A stretch of DNA of 64,000 nt from Dehalococcoidia bacterium (GTDB taxonomy: Bacteria > Chloroflexota > Dehalococcoidia > Plut-88900). The stretch lies in assembly GCA_965197585.1 (NCBI GenBank), contig OZ240215.1, positions 2,144,001 to 2,208,000 of the forward strand. Reading direction: 5' to 3'. The notes under the pieces are model-generated. The model made no database searches. It saw only the letters and a list, made by a program, of their open reading frames with translations, and had not been told where the DNA came from. This document shows, one piece after another, positions 38,383 to 48,523 of this stretch. Made by a program: the position numbers and the translations under genes. Each line of letters starts with the position of its first letter. The first letter of the stretch is position 1.

Positions 38383-39552
38383 CTACGGAATCACGTTGCC
38401 GGCAATAAGAGTGCTGGCTGCGGCAAACATGCCACCCGGCCCGTGAGCGATCCCGACCTTGGCGTCCTTCACCTGCCGCTCACCGCATTCTCCTCTAAGC
38501 TGACGCGTCAGCTCGATCAGCGTGAATATCCCGTACATCCCGGAGTGGGTGTAGGACAGGCCGCCGCCGTTGGTGTTCATCGGGAACTCGCCGCCCGGGG
38601 CAGTCCTCTGCCCCTCGACGAAAGGCCCGCTCTCCCCAGGCCCGACAAAGCCCAGGTCCTCCAGCGCCAGCATCGGGGTGAAGGAGAACGCGTCGTACAG
38701 CTCTGCAACATCAATGTCCGAGTGCTTCACCCCGGCCATCTCAAACGCCGCCTTCCCTGACTTCCGTGCGCAGTCCGAGGTCGTCATGTCCCTCATCATG
38801 CTCACCCGCTCGTGGGATACCGCCTCACCCGTCCCGAGAACGTAGACCGGCTTGTGCTTCAGGTCCTTGGCCCGGTCCGCGGTGGTGAGCACTATCGCTC
38901 CTCCTGCATCGGTGACAAGGCAGCACATTAGCAGCGTGAAGGGCCAGCAGATCATGCGGGCATCCATCACGTCCTGGATGGTGATTGGGTCCTTCATCCG
39001 GGCCTTGGGATGCATCATTGCCCACTTCCGTGTCGCCACCGACACCTCCGCCAGCTGCTCCCGCGTCGTGCCGTACTTGTGCATGTGCCGGGTCACGGGT
39101 ATCGAGAAGGTGGTCGTCGGCCCAAACGTCCCGAACGGGTCTTCGAACTGGCCGTTGTGAGTCGCGCTTTCATCTGCGAAACCGGGCAGGCCCATGCGGG
39201 AGCGGCCGCTTTCGCCGTGACTGATGACAGCCGTGTTGATCAGGCCCGCGCTCAGGGCCAGCATCGCGTGCTCCACGTGCATGATGAAGGAGCACCCCCC
39301 GACAATCGTGCTGTCCGCGTACCGGGGCACGACACCTAGGTACTCGCACAGGTCGTTCACCGTCGTCTCCGGCGAGCCCCCGGCCATGAACAGCCCATCC
39401 ACGTCGCCCAGGCCCAGGCCCGCGTCATCGAGGGCGTTTCGTATCGACTCGGCATGCAGCGTGAGCACCGACTTATCGGGCAGTTTGCCCATCTCGTCAG
39501 ACTCGGACGCTCCGACTATGGCGACCTTACCGCGCAAATCTTTCGGGGCCAT
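38383..39552 (-). CDS. Thiolase-like protein (SCP-x/Ltp type)
   Basis: 'VGGCS', 'CCLVTDAGGA', 'AELYDAFS', 'MNTNGGGLSYTH.G', 'QLRGECGERQV'. Confidence 0.92.
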   Translation of the reverse strand: MAPKDLRGKVAIVGASESDEMGKLPDKSVLTLHAESIRNALDDAGLGLGDVDGLFMAGGSPETTVNDLCEYLGVVPRYADSTIVGGCSFIMHVEHAMLALSAGLINTAVISHGESGRSRMGLPGFADESATHNGQFEDPFGTFGPTTTFSIPVTRHMHKYGTTREQLAEVSVATRKWAMMHPKARMKDPITIQDVMDARMICWPFTLLMCCLVTDAGGAIVLTTADRAKDLKHKPVYVLGTGEAVSHERVSMMRDMTTSDCARKSGKAAFEMAGVKHSDIDVAELYDAFSFTPMLALEDLGFVGPGESGPFVEGQRTAPGGEFPMNTNGGGLSYTHSGMYGIFTLIELTRQLRGECGERQVKDAKVGIAHGPGGMFAAASTLIAGNVIP

Positions 39553-39579
39553 TTCAGTCTCCTTATAGCGTCAAAAGGC

Positions 39580-40008
39580 TCATGCGGGCCGGAACTGCGG
39601 CAGCGTCACTTCGCCGGTCACGTCCAGGTAGGCGATCTCGACGGCCATGTCGCAGTGCACCTTATCAGGGTCGGCATCGATGTCGATGAGATTGCTCATC
39701 ATCCGCGGCCCCTCTTCCAACTCAACTACCGCTATGACGTAGGGGTCGGGCCCGAACCCCGGGGCCGGCCTGTGGTTTATCACAAACGAGTAGAGGGTTC
39801 CCTTTCCGCTCGCCTCGAACCACTCCACGTTCTTCGAAAAGCAGAGGGGGCAGAAGGGCCGGGGATAGAAATACGCCTTATCGCAGTCAGTGCAGCGCTG
39901 GATGAGGAGCTTGTGCTCCCTTAGCGCGTCCCAATAGGGCTGGGTCTCGGGGGTTGGTGAGGGCAGGGGACGATTAGTATCCGCCAATGGGGCCACCTCC
40001 CTGGGCAT
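39580..40008 (-). CDS. Zn-ribbon/OB-fold protein (DUF35, ChsH2-like)
   Basis: 'IQRCTDC...FYPR.FCPLC', 'ASGKGTLYSF', 'VELEEGPRMMSN'; usual partner of the thiolase-like gene. Confidence 0.92.
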   Translation of the reverse strand: MPREVAPLADTNRPLPSPTPETQPYWDALREHKLLIQRCTDCDKAYFYPRPFCPLCFSKNVEWFEASGKGTLYSFVINHRPAPGFGPDPYVIAVVELEEGPRMMSNLIDIDADPDKVHCDMAVEIAYLDVTGEVTLPQFRPA

Positions 40009-40177
40009 CCGTTGGGAATTCCGACGCCGCCTATCCTATCGCCCACCCGTTCCCGGTGTCAATCTGATGTACTCGTCCGGTAGGTCAGTGACACACTGGA
40101 GTTTTCTTCAGTCCTCCTGAGGCGGATCCTCCAGAGGCGGATGTTCCCCGCCTACGACGGACTTGCAGCATCTTCGA

Positions 40178-40809
40178 TTGTGGGGTTTGGGTTTCCGTTC
40201 TGTCTGTTGGGTTTTGGGTTGACGATGGAAGACGCTTGCCGGATTCGGCTCCCTATTTTTAGATAATGCGAGCTTGGAGGCGTCCCGGGAACGTGGGGAC
40301 GGGGCTCCGCCGCCGCCTAGACCTGGAAGTATGATAGGACATACGGGTCCGTCATCCGTCATAGGCTCCAATAAGGGTTGGCTGCGCTGTCCGCCGGAGG
40401 CGGATGCAGGAAGGGGAAAGTCCAGGGTCAGTTCCCCTCGCAGGAGTACGGGGTATCCGGTTCGCCGCCTGTATCCAGGAACCCGGAGTGGCGGGCGGCC
40501 CAGTTTCATTTGATGAAGCGGACGGAGAGCCGAGCGGTCCTCGGCTACGGGCTGCCCCGTTCCGCTCCATAGGTCGGGTTGCTCCGTGAGGAGACTTTTA
40601 TGTACGGTCCAGGGCGTCTTCCATCGCCTGATGGTCAGGGTAAGGGATAGCCGGGGGCCCTTGGCAGAGGAGATGGCGGCGTTCGCTTGTGCCGTGGGGC
40701 GGCGTGTAGGCCGCCCTTTGGGATGGGCTTGGACGTTGAGTCCTCGGGGGCCGGGTGGGCTTCCCTGGGTTGTGGTTACCTCCTTAAGGTGGGTGTCGGG
40801 TCTAGACTG
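40178..40809 (-). ncRNA. Candidate large structured non-coding element, copy B
   Basis: First 31 nt identical to copy A; shared downstream blocks; 15-bp enclosing stem 40614-40628/40221-40235; same A/C-rich tail ending CCCCACAA. Confidence 0.55.
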
Positions 40810-40814
40810 GCCCA

Positions 40815-40843
40815 ATAATAGAACATGTGTCTTATGAAGTCAA
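40815..40843 (-). promoter_or_regulatory. Sigma70-type promoter of structured element B, with LexA-box-like spacer
   Basis: TTGACT-17 nt-TATTAT; spacer contains AGAC-ACAT-GTTC(T). Confidence 0.65.
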
Positions 40844-40955
40844 GGGGTGGATGTCACACTTTTGGGGGGGGCACCGCCCCGGCCCTTCCGGGGAACCCTC
40901 ACCCCCTTGGTCCCCCTCTCCCTTAGGGCCTTCAAGGGAGAGGGGGAGATAAGAA

Positions 40956-40996
40956 TAGAGGCCCATGTGCGTGCAGAGCACGCACATGGGCCTCTA
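40956..40996. repeat. Perfect 19-bp-arm inverted repeat
   Basis: TAGAGGCCCATGTGCGTGC-AGA-GCACGCACATGGGCCTCTA. Confidence 0.85.
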
Positions 40997-41054
40997 ATTC
41001 AGTACTGGGGAGAGGGGAGGGATGGATTCCGGCTCGGGGTGGGAATGAGGGTAG

Positions 41055-42602
41055 GGTGAGGAGATCACCCAGCCGGTTGTCGGGGAATACCTAAACGCTG
41101 CCCTGGTTGCCGATGACCCGACCGGCATGACGTGGCAGTGGGCCCGCTCCCAAGATGGAGAGAGCGGCTGGGAGGACATCGAGGCTGCAACCTCTACGAA
41201 GTACATCCCCACCAGTGATGACGCAGGACACTACCTCCGGGCAACCGTCTCCTATACCGATGGGGACGGCAACACCCAGAGTGCGGATGCAATCACCACC
41301 GATCAGGTGGCGCTAGTGAGGAGTGGTGTCCGCTGCCCACACTGCGAGCCTGAGCCGATATGGACGCCGACCCCGGACCCTGCTGTAACACCTACCGCTA
41401 CGACTATGCCAACCGCTACCTCTGAACCCTGCGACGGCCGGCGACATGCCCACGATTGTCACCCGGACTACGAGACTCCAACCCCCGTTCCCACCAACAC
41501 GCCCGTGCCTCCATCCCCGACGCCCGTGCCTCCATCCCCGACGCCCGTGACGCCATCCCCGACGCCCGTGACGCCATCGCCAACGCCCGTGCCTCCTACA
41601 CCCACGGCCACACCCCTACCGCATTCGGACTGCGACGCATTGTGTCGAGACCCATCGGCGTGTTGCCCCACCCCAGTTCCCATGCCAACATCCACCCCCA
41701 CCCCCACGCCAACTCCGACGCCTACCCCCACGCCAACTCCGACGCCCACCCCCACACCCGACCTGGGCGGGCCCACCCCCACCCCCACACCGACGCCCAC
41801 GGCGCACCCAAAACCTACTCCGTTAGCAGAGGGGGTGGAGAACATAGGCCGGCAACGAGACAGACTTGCGCAATTCGTCTTTGACATGGAAGGGTGCTTG
41901 GCAAGCTACACGAAGAGCGAGTGCGATACAGTCCGTCAGGGCATCATCAGTGGGGCTGCTGCACTAAACCTAGCGATGAAGCAGGAGTTTGATGAGCCGG
42001 GCAAGCTCGGCGCATTGGTGTGCGAAAAGACCACCGACCCGAATGTGGGACACGACCATGTGTGTCCAACGGGCAACGAGCATGACCCGAACCTGGATGA
42101 CGGCTATGTTGTCACCATCAAGGTAGCGGCCCCAAATGACGGGGAGTTTGTCGATAATTGTAAACCCAATTCCCTTGCTTGCGTATTCCCAACTAATGAG
42201 TATGAAGGAGAGCCGGGAGACGAATTCATAGGCGACCGCACAATACTCTTCACGATGGGACAAGGGTTTCAATTTGATGGAAAACCCGGACTATCGCCCG
42301 TCGAATGGACAAACGACCCTCACCTTCATGGCGAGCCAACGGAAGATGTAGAAGGTAATCCCCAAGGTTTATTTTACATTGACAAGACCGCAATGCACGA
42401 ATTCTTGCACGTGCTGGGGGGTCCTGACGGGGATGACACGAGCAACCCCGAGCAATTCGACGATACCCTGTTGGGATGGGATAAGGATGTATGGAACGAA
42501 AAACTCCAGCAGTGCAGAATCGAAGAGACCGTTGCGCTGGTGTATTGCCTACAAGAAGAGTTTAGGACGGGGGACTCCCAGACTTTCGGGGGCATATACT
42601 AG
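41055..42602 (+). CDS. Probably 5'-truncated surface protein: Ig-like domain, PT linker, Cys-rich metzincin-like protease domain
   Basis: 'TWQWARS...[31 protein letters not shown]'; long PT repeats; '[13 protein letters not shown]'; frame open from 41055, first ATG 41127, no signal peptide or RBS. Confidence 0.65.
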   Translation, partial: GEEITQPVVGEYLNAALVADDPTGMTWQWARSQDGESGWEDIEAATSTKYIPTSDDAGHYLRATVSYTDGDGNTQSADAITTDQVALVRSGVRCPHCEPEPIWTPTPDPAVTPTATTMPTATSEPCDGRRHAHDCHPDYETPTPVPTNTPVPPSPTPVPPSPTPVTPSPTPVTPSPTPVPPTPTATPLPHSDCDALCRDPSACCPTPVPMPTSTPTPTPTPTPTPTPTPTPTPTPDLGGPTPTPTPTPTAHPKPTPLAEGVENIGRQRDRLAQFVFDMEGCLASYTKSECDTVRQGIISGAAALNLAMKQEFDEPGKLGALVCEKTTDPNVGHDHVCPTGNEHDPNLDDGYVVTIKVAAPNDGEFVDNCKPNSLACVFPTNEYEGEPGDEFIGDRTILFTMGQGFQFDGKPGLSPVEWTNDPHLHGEPTEDVEGNPQGLFYIDKTAMHEFLHVLGGPDGDDTSNPEQFDDTLLGWDKDVWNEKLQQCRIEETVALVYCLQEEFRTGDSQTFGGIY

Positions 42603-42649
42603 AGAGAGGGTGTATCCAGCCGGGCGTGCAACTGGCAACAAGGTGAATC

Positions 42650-44641
42650 ATGCGAACGTTGTATAGAAGTCGATTGCGGGTGTTGCAGGTCATGGGTATG
42701 GCCCTACTGGTTCTTGTGCTCCTTGCGATGGGCTGTGGTGATGCCGACAACGGGGTGGAGACCACACAGGGCAATGGCAATAGTTCGGCATCGGGTGGGA
42801 TGTCCAGCGGCGTTGCCTACACAGGCGAGACCTCGATGGAGGAGGCGTTGGCATACGCAGATGCGGTGGCCCGAGTTAGGTACAGGTCCGCCAGGCAGAC
42901 CATCGAGGAAATCAGGCTGCAAATCCGCAATGCCGACTGGCATCACACTTTTTATGCCAACTCCATCGAGATTACCTTCGAGGTCCTCGAATATCTCAGG
43001 GGAAGCGGAGGCGATGAAATCAAAGCGGTGTTGTACGACCAGGACGGATGGCAGGAGACCCGTGCGGAGGTGGAAGCCCTCAATGAGAACCTGTTGCCCT
43101 TGCGCAACACCCAATGGGACGAGAGGGAAGCCATCGTGTTTCTACGTTCGAGTGACCATGTGGTCAGCACGTACAACGACCCCGACCGCTATTGGTTGAC
43201 CTCCTTCCGCAACAACGGAGAGGACGGCTACACGGTCGGCAGCAGATGGGTAAAGGCGTGGCTCCCCGATGCCGCCGCACCGGGGGCTAGGGGCAGGGCA
43301 TCGGGCGGAGATCAGCGGTTCTTGATAAATCTGCCGGGTGGATCCCAAGGCGCGAGCGGACAGAGGAGCACCCAAGGTGAGTCGATGACAATCAGTGATT
43401 TGAAGGCCCTGGTCACCAGGATAGGGGATGAGCTTGCCGCCGGCGGTACGGAAGCCTACGCAGAGTGTGTGAAAGACAAATACAGCTCGGCAGGATATGA
43501 CCAATATCTCAAGAACCATCGTGAGACCGTATGGGGCGTAGAGTACAACGAACAGCACGTGAAAGTAATAACATCGGGTGCACCAGCCGGAACCGAAGTG
43601 TACGTCGATAGAGCGTCTGCACATAAAAATGTGGACGAAATACCCGATTCGCTCGATATTGATGATGTGATATTGCACACCGGTCAGGATGCGGACTTGT
43701 TTGACAAGGCATGGCCAGGCAACGCCGTTACGGCCCGACCACTCCCTCAAGGCACGTACCGGTTCTATTGGGCCTCCCAGCCCAAAAATTTCGCCTTGTG
43801 TGATGCTATATCGGAACTCCGCAAGAACAGGCACGAGGTAATCGTTACGGTGACGCCTCCCGAGAACACCCTTCACGAAGCCTTCTTTGATCCTGTTACC
43901 ATCGGCACTGGGGTGGGAGCGGACTCTTCAAACGGTGTGCTCAAGCCGGCTGGGTTCACGGTGGATGGGACCTCAACCTCTATCACAAGTCTGAAGTATG
44001 ACAACAGCAAAGTCGTGTTGACCCTGTCTACCCATGTATCCCTCACAGGGCAAAAGGTGGAGTTTATAGAGCTGGACGGGTCGGTGGGGTTGGCGCTGGA
44101 GGTCTCATCTGCCACGGAGGACAGCACGGCGGGGACCCTTACGTGGTCGGTATCAGAGGAGCCGTGGGAGGACGGGGATGAGCTGATGGTGCAGATAGCC
44201 GCATCCACAGCCGGCCCTACCGCCACTGCCACCCCAGAACCTACGGCCACACCTGCTCCTACTCCTACCCCAGAACCTACGGCCACACCTGCTCTTACTC
44301 CTACCCCAGAACCCGCATCCGCTGTCACCGTCACCCTCAACCCTCGCGTAACCACCTACGTTACCCACACCGACATCACAGTCGACTGGACCGACTCCCT
44401 CTCCTGCCAGGGCAGCTACTTTGTAGCCGTGTTTGACAGCTCTGCCAGCGCAGTCAGAATTCTCGGCTTCCCCTCCGCCCCAGCCACCACCACCCTCACC
44501 GCCGACCTCGGCCTTCACTGGGATACCGTCCCCAACTTTGACTGGACCGTTGGCGTCAGGTGCGATCCTTCAGATTACTCTATCAATTCGTGGATGGTAG
44601 GTGAGGTGGCCCTTCAGTCGGGCTTGCCGACTACCCCGTAG
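42650..44641 (+). CDS. Large hypothetical lipoprotein with PT repeats and beta-rich C-terminal domains
   Basis: Signal peptide ending 'LAMGC'; 663-aa ORF; 'TPEPTATPA' repeats. Confidence 0.75.
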   Translation: MRTLYRSRLRVLQVMGMALLVLVLLAMGCGDADNGVETTQGNGNSSASGGMSSGVAYTGETSMEEALAYADAVARVRYRSARQTIEEIRLQIRNADWHHTFYANSIEITFEVLEYLRGSGGDEIKAVLYDQDGWQETRAEVEALNENLLPLRNTQWDEREAIVFLRSSDHVVSTYNDPDRYWLTSFRNNGEDGYTVGSRWVKAWLPDAAAPGARGRASGGDQRFLINLPGGSQGASGQRSTQGESMTISDLKALVTRIGDELAAGGTEAYAECVKDKYSSAGYDQYLKNHRETVWGVEYNEQHVKVITSGAPAGTEVYVDRASAHKNVDEIPDSLDIDDVILHTGQDADLFDKAWPGNAVTARPLPQGTYRFYWASQPKNFALCDAISELRKNRHEVIVTVTPPENTLHEAFFDPVTIGTGVGADSSNGVLKPAGFTVDGTSTSITSLKYDNSKVVLTLSTHVSLTGQKVEFIELDGSVGLALEVSSATEDSTAGTLTWSVSEEPWEDGDELMVQIAASTAGPTATATPEPTATPAPTPTPEPTATPALTPTPEPASAVTVTLNPRVTTYVTHTDITVDWTDSLSCQGSYFVAVFDSSASAVRILGFPSAPATTTLTADLGLHWDTVPNFDWTVGVRCDPSDYSINSWMVGEVALQSGLPTTP

Positions 44642-44816
44642 CCTACCCCTCACCTCCAACAACTCCGTATTTTCCATTCATCTTTCCCGTACTCCTACAC
44701 GGGTAACCCCGCCCCCCCACCTAACTTTCCACCCTCTCGTGCGTTTACTCACATGAACGCACCAATCTTGCTACCTCACCCTCTTATGGCTAACATAGCG
44801 CTCGAACGGAGACTCT

Positions 44817-46619
44817 ATGCCCATGCGCAATGCTATGAACAAAAAGACTGGCCGATTGACCCTTCTCACAGTCCTCGCACTTGCCCTCATCGCGCTCCTG
44901 GTCGCCGCCGCCTGCGGCTCGAGCAGCGAGGACGGCCCCACCCTCCAGCCCACCTCCACCCCCGTCCCCACCGCCCCGGCCACGCTTGCCACCGCCACCC
45001 CTGTCCCGGACTCGCCGGTAGGTACGGGTGGTGAGTTTACACGACTCTTCTCCGATCCCCCCACCCTGGACCCCGCCCTAACCTCTGACACCAGCTCTGC
45101 ATTTGTTGTCATTGAGGTCTTCAGCGGCCTCGTCACCATTGATGCCGACCTCAACATCGTCCCCGACATCGCCACCAGGTGGGACCTCAGCAACGACGAG
45201 CGGACCTTCACCTTCTACATCAGAAACGACGTCAAGTTCCACGACGGCAAGCCCGTAACCGCCCACGACTTCAAATTCTCGATGGAGCGGGCCCTGGACC
45301 CCCGTACCGAATCCACCGTCGCCGATTTATACCTGAACGACATCGTAGGCGCTTCCGCCAAGCTCAAAGGCACGGCCAACAGCGTCAGCGGAATACGCGT
45401 CCTTGACGACTATACCCTCGAAATAACCATCGACGCCCCGAAGCCCTATTTCCTCGCCAAGCTGACCTACTCCACAGCCTTCGTCGTAGACCAAGAGAAC
45501 GTCGAGTCGGGCCCCGACTGGACTTCCCGGCCCAACGGCACCGGCGCCTTCCGCCTCGCCGAGTGGGAAATCGGCGAGCGCATCCGGCTCGAAAGGAACG
45601 ACCTTTACTATAAAGAGCCCGCCCACCTGGACGCCGTAAACCTCCTCCTGAGCGGCGGCGTCGGCATGACCATGTACGAGAACAACGAGATCGACTTCAC
45701 GGGCGTCGGCCTCGCCGACATAGACCGGGTCCTCGACCCCACGGAGGAGATCAACCGGGACCTTCAAATCACTCCCCCCGACTACAGCGTCAGCTACTTC
45801 GGTCTCAATACCCAGATGGCCCCCTTCGACGACATCAAAGTACGTAAGGCCCTGGCCCTCGCCATTAACAAAGAGCTTATCGCCGAGGCCGTACTGTCGA
45901 ACCTGGTAGTACCCGCCTATGGCATCCTGCCCCCGGGCTTCCCGGGCCACAACCAGAACCTGCAGGGCATCCGCTTCGACATCGAAGAAGCCATGAGGTC
46001 CCTGGCCGAGTCTAGCTACGGCCGCGGAGACACCGCAATCGCCGAGCTCCTCATGCATGCCGACACCGCCCTCGACGACGAGTCCCGCATCACCGCCCTC
46101 AGCGAGGCTTCCAGGATGGCCGCCGCAAAGTTGCCGACCATAATCCTGTCCGTCCCCGGCGGCGGTGGGGCCGTGGGTCTCGATACCGAGGTTGTCCTGG
46201 CCATCTGGCAGGAGCTCCTCGGGGTCAACGTCGAGGTCCAGCAGTCCGAGTTCGCCACTTTCCTTAACGACGTGGACCGTCGCCGTTACCAGATGTTCAC
46301 CCTTGGCTGGGTCGCCGACTACCCCGACCCCCAGAACTTCCTGGACATCCTCTTCCACTCCGAAAGCGCCAACAACCACACCGGCTTCACAAACCCGGAG
46401 GTCGACAGGCTGCTGGAACAGGCCCGAACCGAGAAGGACGTCGAGACTCGCATCTCTCTCTACCAGCAGGCCGAGCAGCTCATAGTCAACGACGTGCCCT
46501 GGATCCCACGCTGGTACGAAGGCGACCGCTACATCCTCATCAAGCCCCACGTCAAGGGCTACGTCCTCTCCCCCCTCCCCATCCCCAAGCTCAGGTTCAT
46601 CTACATAGAGCCTGAATAG
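44817..46619 (+). CDS. oppA: Peptide ABC transporter substrate-binding lipoprotein
   Basis: 'AAAC' lipobox; 'PPTLDPA', 'VKFHDGKPVTAHDFKFS.ERA', 'NGTGAFRL', 'PFDDIKVRKAL', 'GWVADYPDP'. Confidence 0.9.
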   Translation: MPMRNAMNKKTGRLTLLTVLALALIALLVAAACGSSSEDGPTLQPTSTPVPTAPATLATATPVPDSPVGTGGEFTRLFSDPPTLDPALTSDTSSAFVVIEVFSGLVTIDADLNIVPDIATRWDLSNDERTFTFYIRNDVKFHDGKPVTAHDFKFSMERALDPRTESTVADLYLNDIVGASAKLKGTANSVSGIRVLDDYTLEITIDAPKPYFLAKLTYSTAFVVDQENVESGPDWTSRPNGTGAFRLAEWEIGERIRLERNDLYYKEPAHLDAVNLLLSGGVGMTMYENNEIDFTGVGLADIDRVLDPTEEINRDLQITPPDYSVSYFGLNTQMAPFDDIKVRKALALAINKELIAEAVLSNLVVPAYGILPPGFPGHNQNLQGIRFDIEEAMRSLAESSYGRGDTAIAELLMHADTALDDESRITALSEASRMAAAKLPTIILSVPGGGGAVGLDTEVVLAIWQELLGVNVEVQQSEFATFLNDVDRRRYQMFTLGWVADYPDPQNFLDILFHSESANNHTGFTNPEVDRLLEQARTEKDVETRISLYQQAEQLIVNDVPWIPRWYEGDRYILIKPHVKGYVLSPLPIPKLRFIYIEPE

Positions 46620-46635
46620 GCAAGAGCAATTGGAC

Positions 46636-46669
46636 CCCTACCGTGTGGTATCCTTTCCACACGGTAGGG
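46636..46669 (+). terminator. 13-bp-stem hairpin after oppA
   Basis: CCCTACCGTGTGG-TATCCTTT-CCACACGGTAGGG; U-tract weak. Confidence 0.55.
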
Positions 46670-46699
46670 TGTTGGTCGGGAGAGCCAAAGAGGACTGCT

Positions 46700-47107
46700 T
46701 TGCGTTCACGCACAGCTAAGAACTTGGATGAAGGGTCAGGGGAACTCCCGCGAGACCTCGCAGACGCCCTCGCTGACCTTGCAGACGCAAGCGAAGAGGC
46801 CCGGGAGGACGGACTCCCCATCCCAGACCAGCAATTACTTGATGCCTCTGAGCAAATCCTGAGAAAGCTCTACGATATATGGCCCCACCGCTTCGAAGTC
46901 TACCCCGACCAGGATGGAGCGATTGCTATCGATGCACGTAATGACCGTGGGTCTGCGGTCTTGGTCTTGTGCGAACCCGGAGGGGAGGTGCTTTGCTTGG
47001 TGCACACTCACGGCGAGCAGCAGAGCAACAGGTACCCCTCGACTGAAGACCTTCCGGATGATTTTCTGTCTGGAGCCTTTTCCTCTCTGGAGTTAGCGTC
47101 CGGCTAG
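46700..47107 (+). CDS. Small acidic hypothetical protein (possible antitoxin)
   Basis: AGAGGA RBS then TTG; 'EVYPDQDGAIAID'; tightly coupled to the next gene. Confidence 0.6.
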   Translation: MRSRTAKNLDEGSGELPRDLADALADLADASEEAREDGLPIPDQQLLDASEQILRKLYDIWPHRFEVYPDQDGAIAIDARNDRGSAVLVLCEPGGEVLCLVHTHGEQQSNRYPSTEDLPDDFLSGAFSSLELASG

Positions 47108-47112
47108 CTCCT

Positions 47113-47532
47113 ATGCCAGACCCCGAAACCATCGCCGAATGGGAAAATCTAGGTCGGGGAATCTATTCGAGAAGCACCGCCAAACGTGCCAGCAGAAACC
47201 GCACACCATACAACGTGTTTCTGCCCCCGTCAGGGGGAATGAGCATTTCGGTCGACAGATTAAGTGTTGCTCCGCTTGAAGAAGCTATTACGATAGCCAA
47301 GCAACGGGCTGCAAACCGAGAAGGCGAGTTTCGGGGATGGGCGACTGTTACGGCTGATGCGGCCTGTAAAGAGGGTCGCACGGTAATTGCCTCTCCTATA
47401 GAAGGCGAAAATCCCTATCACTCGGACATTGTTTTGCCTGCCGCTGTTGCCAATGACCGCAAAATGCAGAAGCACCACGCTCTAGCACTCGCAAGGCGCT
47501 CCAGTTGGCGCGAAGGCCCGAATCCCGTCTAA
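47113..47532 (+). CDS. Hypothetical protein, possible ADP-ribosyltransferase-like fold
   Basis: 'E.LGRGI', 'ISVDR', 'NPYHSDIVLP' give an R-S-H-like arrangement. Confidence 0.55.
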   Translation: MPDPETIAEWENLGRGIYSRSTAKRASRNRTPYNVFLPPSGGMSISVDRLSVAPLEEAITIAKQRAANREGEFRGWATVTADAACKEGRTVIASPIEGENPYHSDIVLPAAVANDRKMQKHHALALARRSSWREGPNPV

Positions 47533-47593
47533 GATAGATGCTAAGTTCTTCGCACTATGAAAAGACCACACTAGCCAACCCCCGGAGGCGTAG

Positions 47594-48523
47594 ATGAAGG
47601 CCTACATCCTTCGCAGGATGCTCTGGGTCCCAGTAGTCCTTCTCGTCGTGTCCTTCGTCACCTTTGCCCTCGGCAACTATGGCCCGGGCGACCCCGTTTC
47701 CGTTCTCGCCGGGCAGCACCGAGACCCCGATGTCATCGCCCGCATCAAGGAACAGCGCGGTCTGGATGACCCATTCTTCGTACAGTATGGCCGTTACGTA
47801 TGGAACGCCGTGCAGGGAGACCTCGGAGAGAGCTTCACATTCCGCGGCGAACCCGTCTCCAGTCTTATCACCGGCAAGATATGGGTGTCAGCCCAGCTGG
47901 GCATCGCAGCGACGATAATTTCTGTGTTTGGAGGTGTGCCCCTGGGCTTGACCGCCGCCCTGAACCAGGGCCGCTGGACGGACCCGGTCATCGTCGCCAC
48001 CACACTCCTCTTTATCTCGGTCCCCGTCCTGGTAACCGCGCCCCTGCTCGCCCTCATATTTGTCGTATGGCTGGACATATTGCCCAGCGGCGGATGGGGC
48101 GGCTTCTTCGACATACGCATACTCATGCCCGCCTTCGTCATGGGAGTACCGGGCATCGCCATAATGACCCGGCTGATGAGGGCCAGCACCCTGGATGTCC
48201 TGGGCCAGGACTACATACGCACCGCCCGAGCCAAGGGCCTGCGCGAATGGACCGTCCGCCGCCGACACATCGCCCGAAACTCCATCATCCCCATCGTCAC
48301 CGTCATTGGCCTCTCTCTGGGCGACCTTGTGACCGGCGCATTCATTACCGAGCAACTGTACGGCATCCCGGGTATCGGCAAGCTGGCCATCGACTCCATA
48401 TTCAACCGGGACTTTCCGGTCATCATGGCCCTCGTGCTGATCATTGCCGTGTCCTTTGTCCTTGCCAACCTGCTGGTCGACGTTCTCTATGCCTTCCTCG
48501 ACCCCCGGATCAAGTATGACTAA
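47594..48523 (+). CDS. oppB: Peptide ABC transporter permease
   Basis: 'YILRRML', 'PGDP', 'GLDDP..VQY', 'QDYIRTARAKGL', 'IPGIG', 'LYAFLDPRIKY'. Confidence 0.93.
   Translation: MKAYILRRMLWVPVVLLVVSFVTFALGNYGPGDPVSVLAGQHRDPDVIARIKEQRGLDDPFFVQYGRYVWNAVQGDLGESFTFRGEPVSSLITGKIWVSAQLGIAATIISVFGGVPLGLTAALNQGRWTDPVIVATTLLFISVPVLVTAPLLALIFVVWLDILPSGGWGGFFDIRILMPAFVMGVPGIAIMTRLMRASTLDVLGQDYIRTARAKGLREWTVRRRHIARNSIIPIVTVIGLSLGDLVTGAFITEQLYGIPGIGKLAIDSIFNRDFPVIMALVLIIAVSFVLANLLVDVLYAFLDPRIKYD

Noticed and set aside
40405-40445. GGGGAAAGTCCAGG resembling the RNase P RNA 5' conserved region
   Set aside because: Other universal RNase P motifs are absent and it lies antisense to the promoter
40108-40815. 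235-aa ORF spanning element B (and ORFs over element A)
   Set aside because: Low-complexity P/R/G translation, start overlaps the -10 box, no RBS, frame not preserved between copies
41478-41800. Short tandem repeats
   Set aside because: Simply encode Pro/Thr linkers; same for 28100-28220 and 44215-44315
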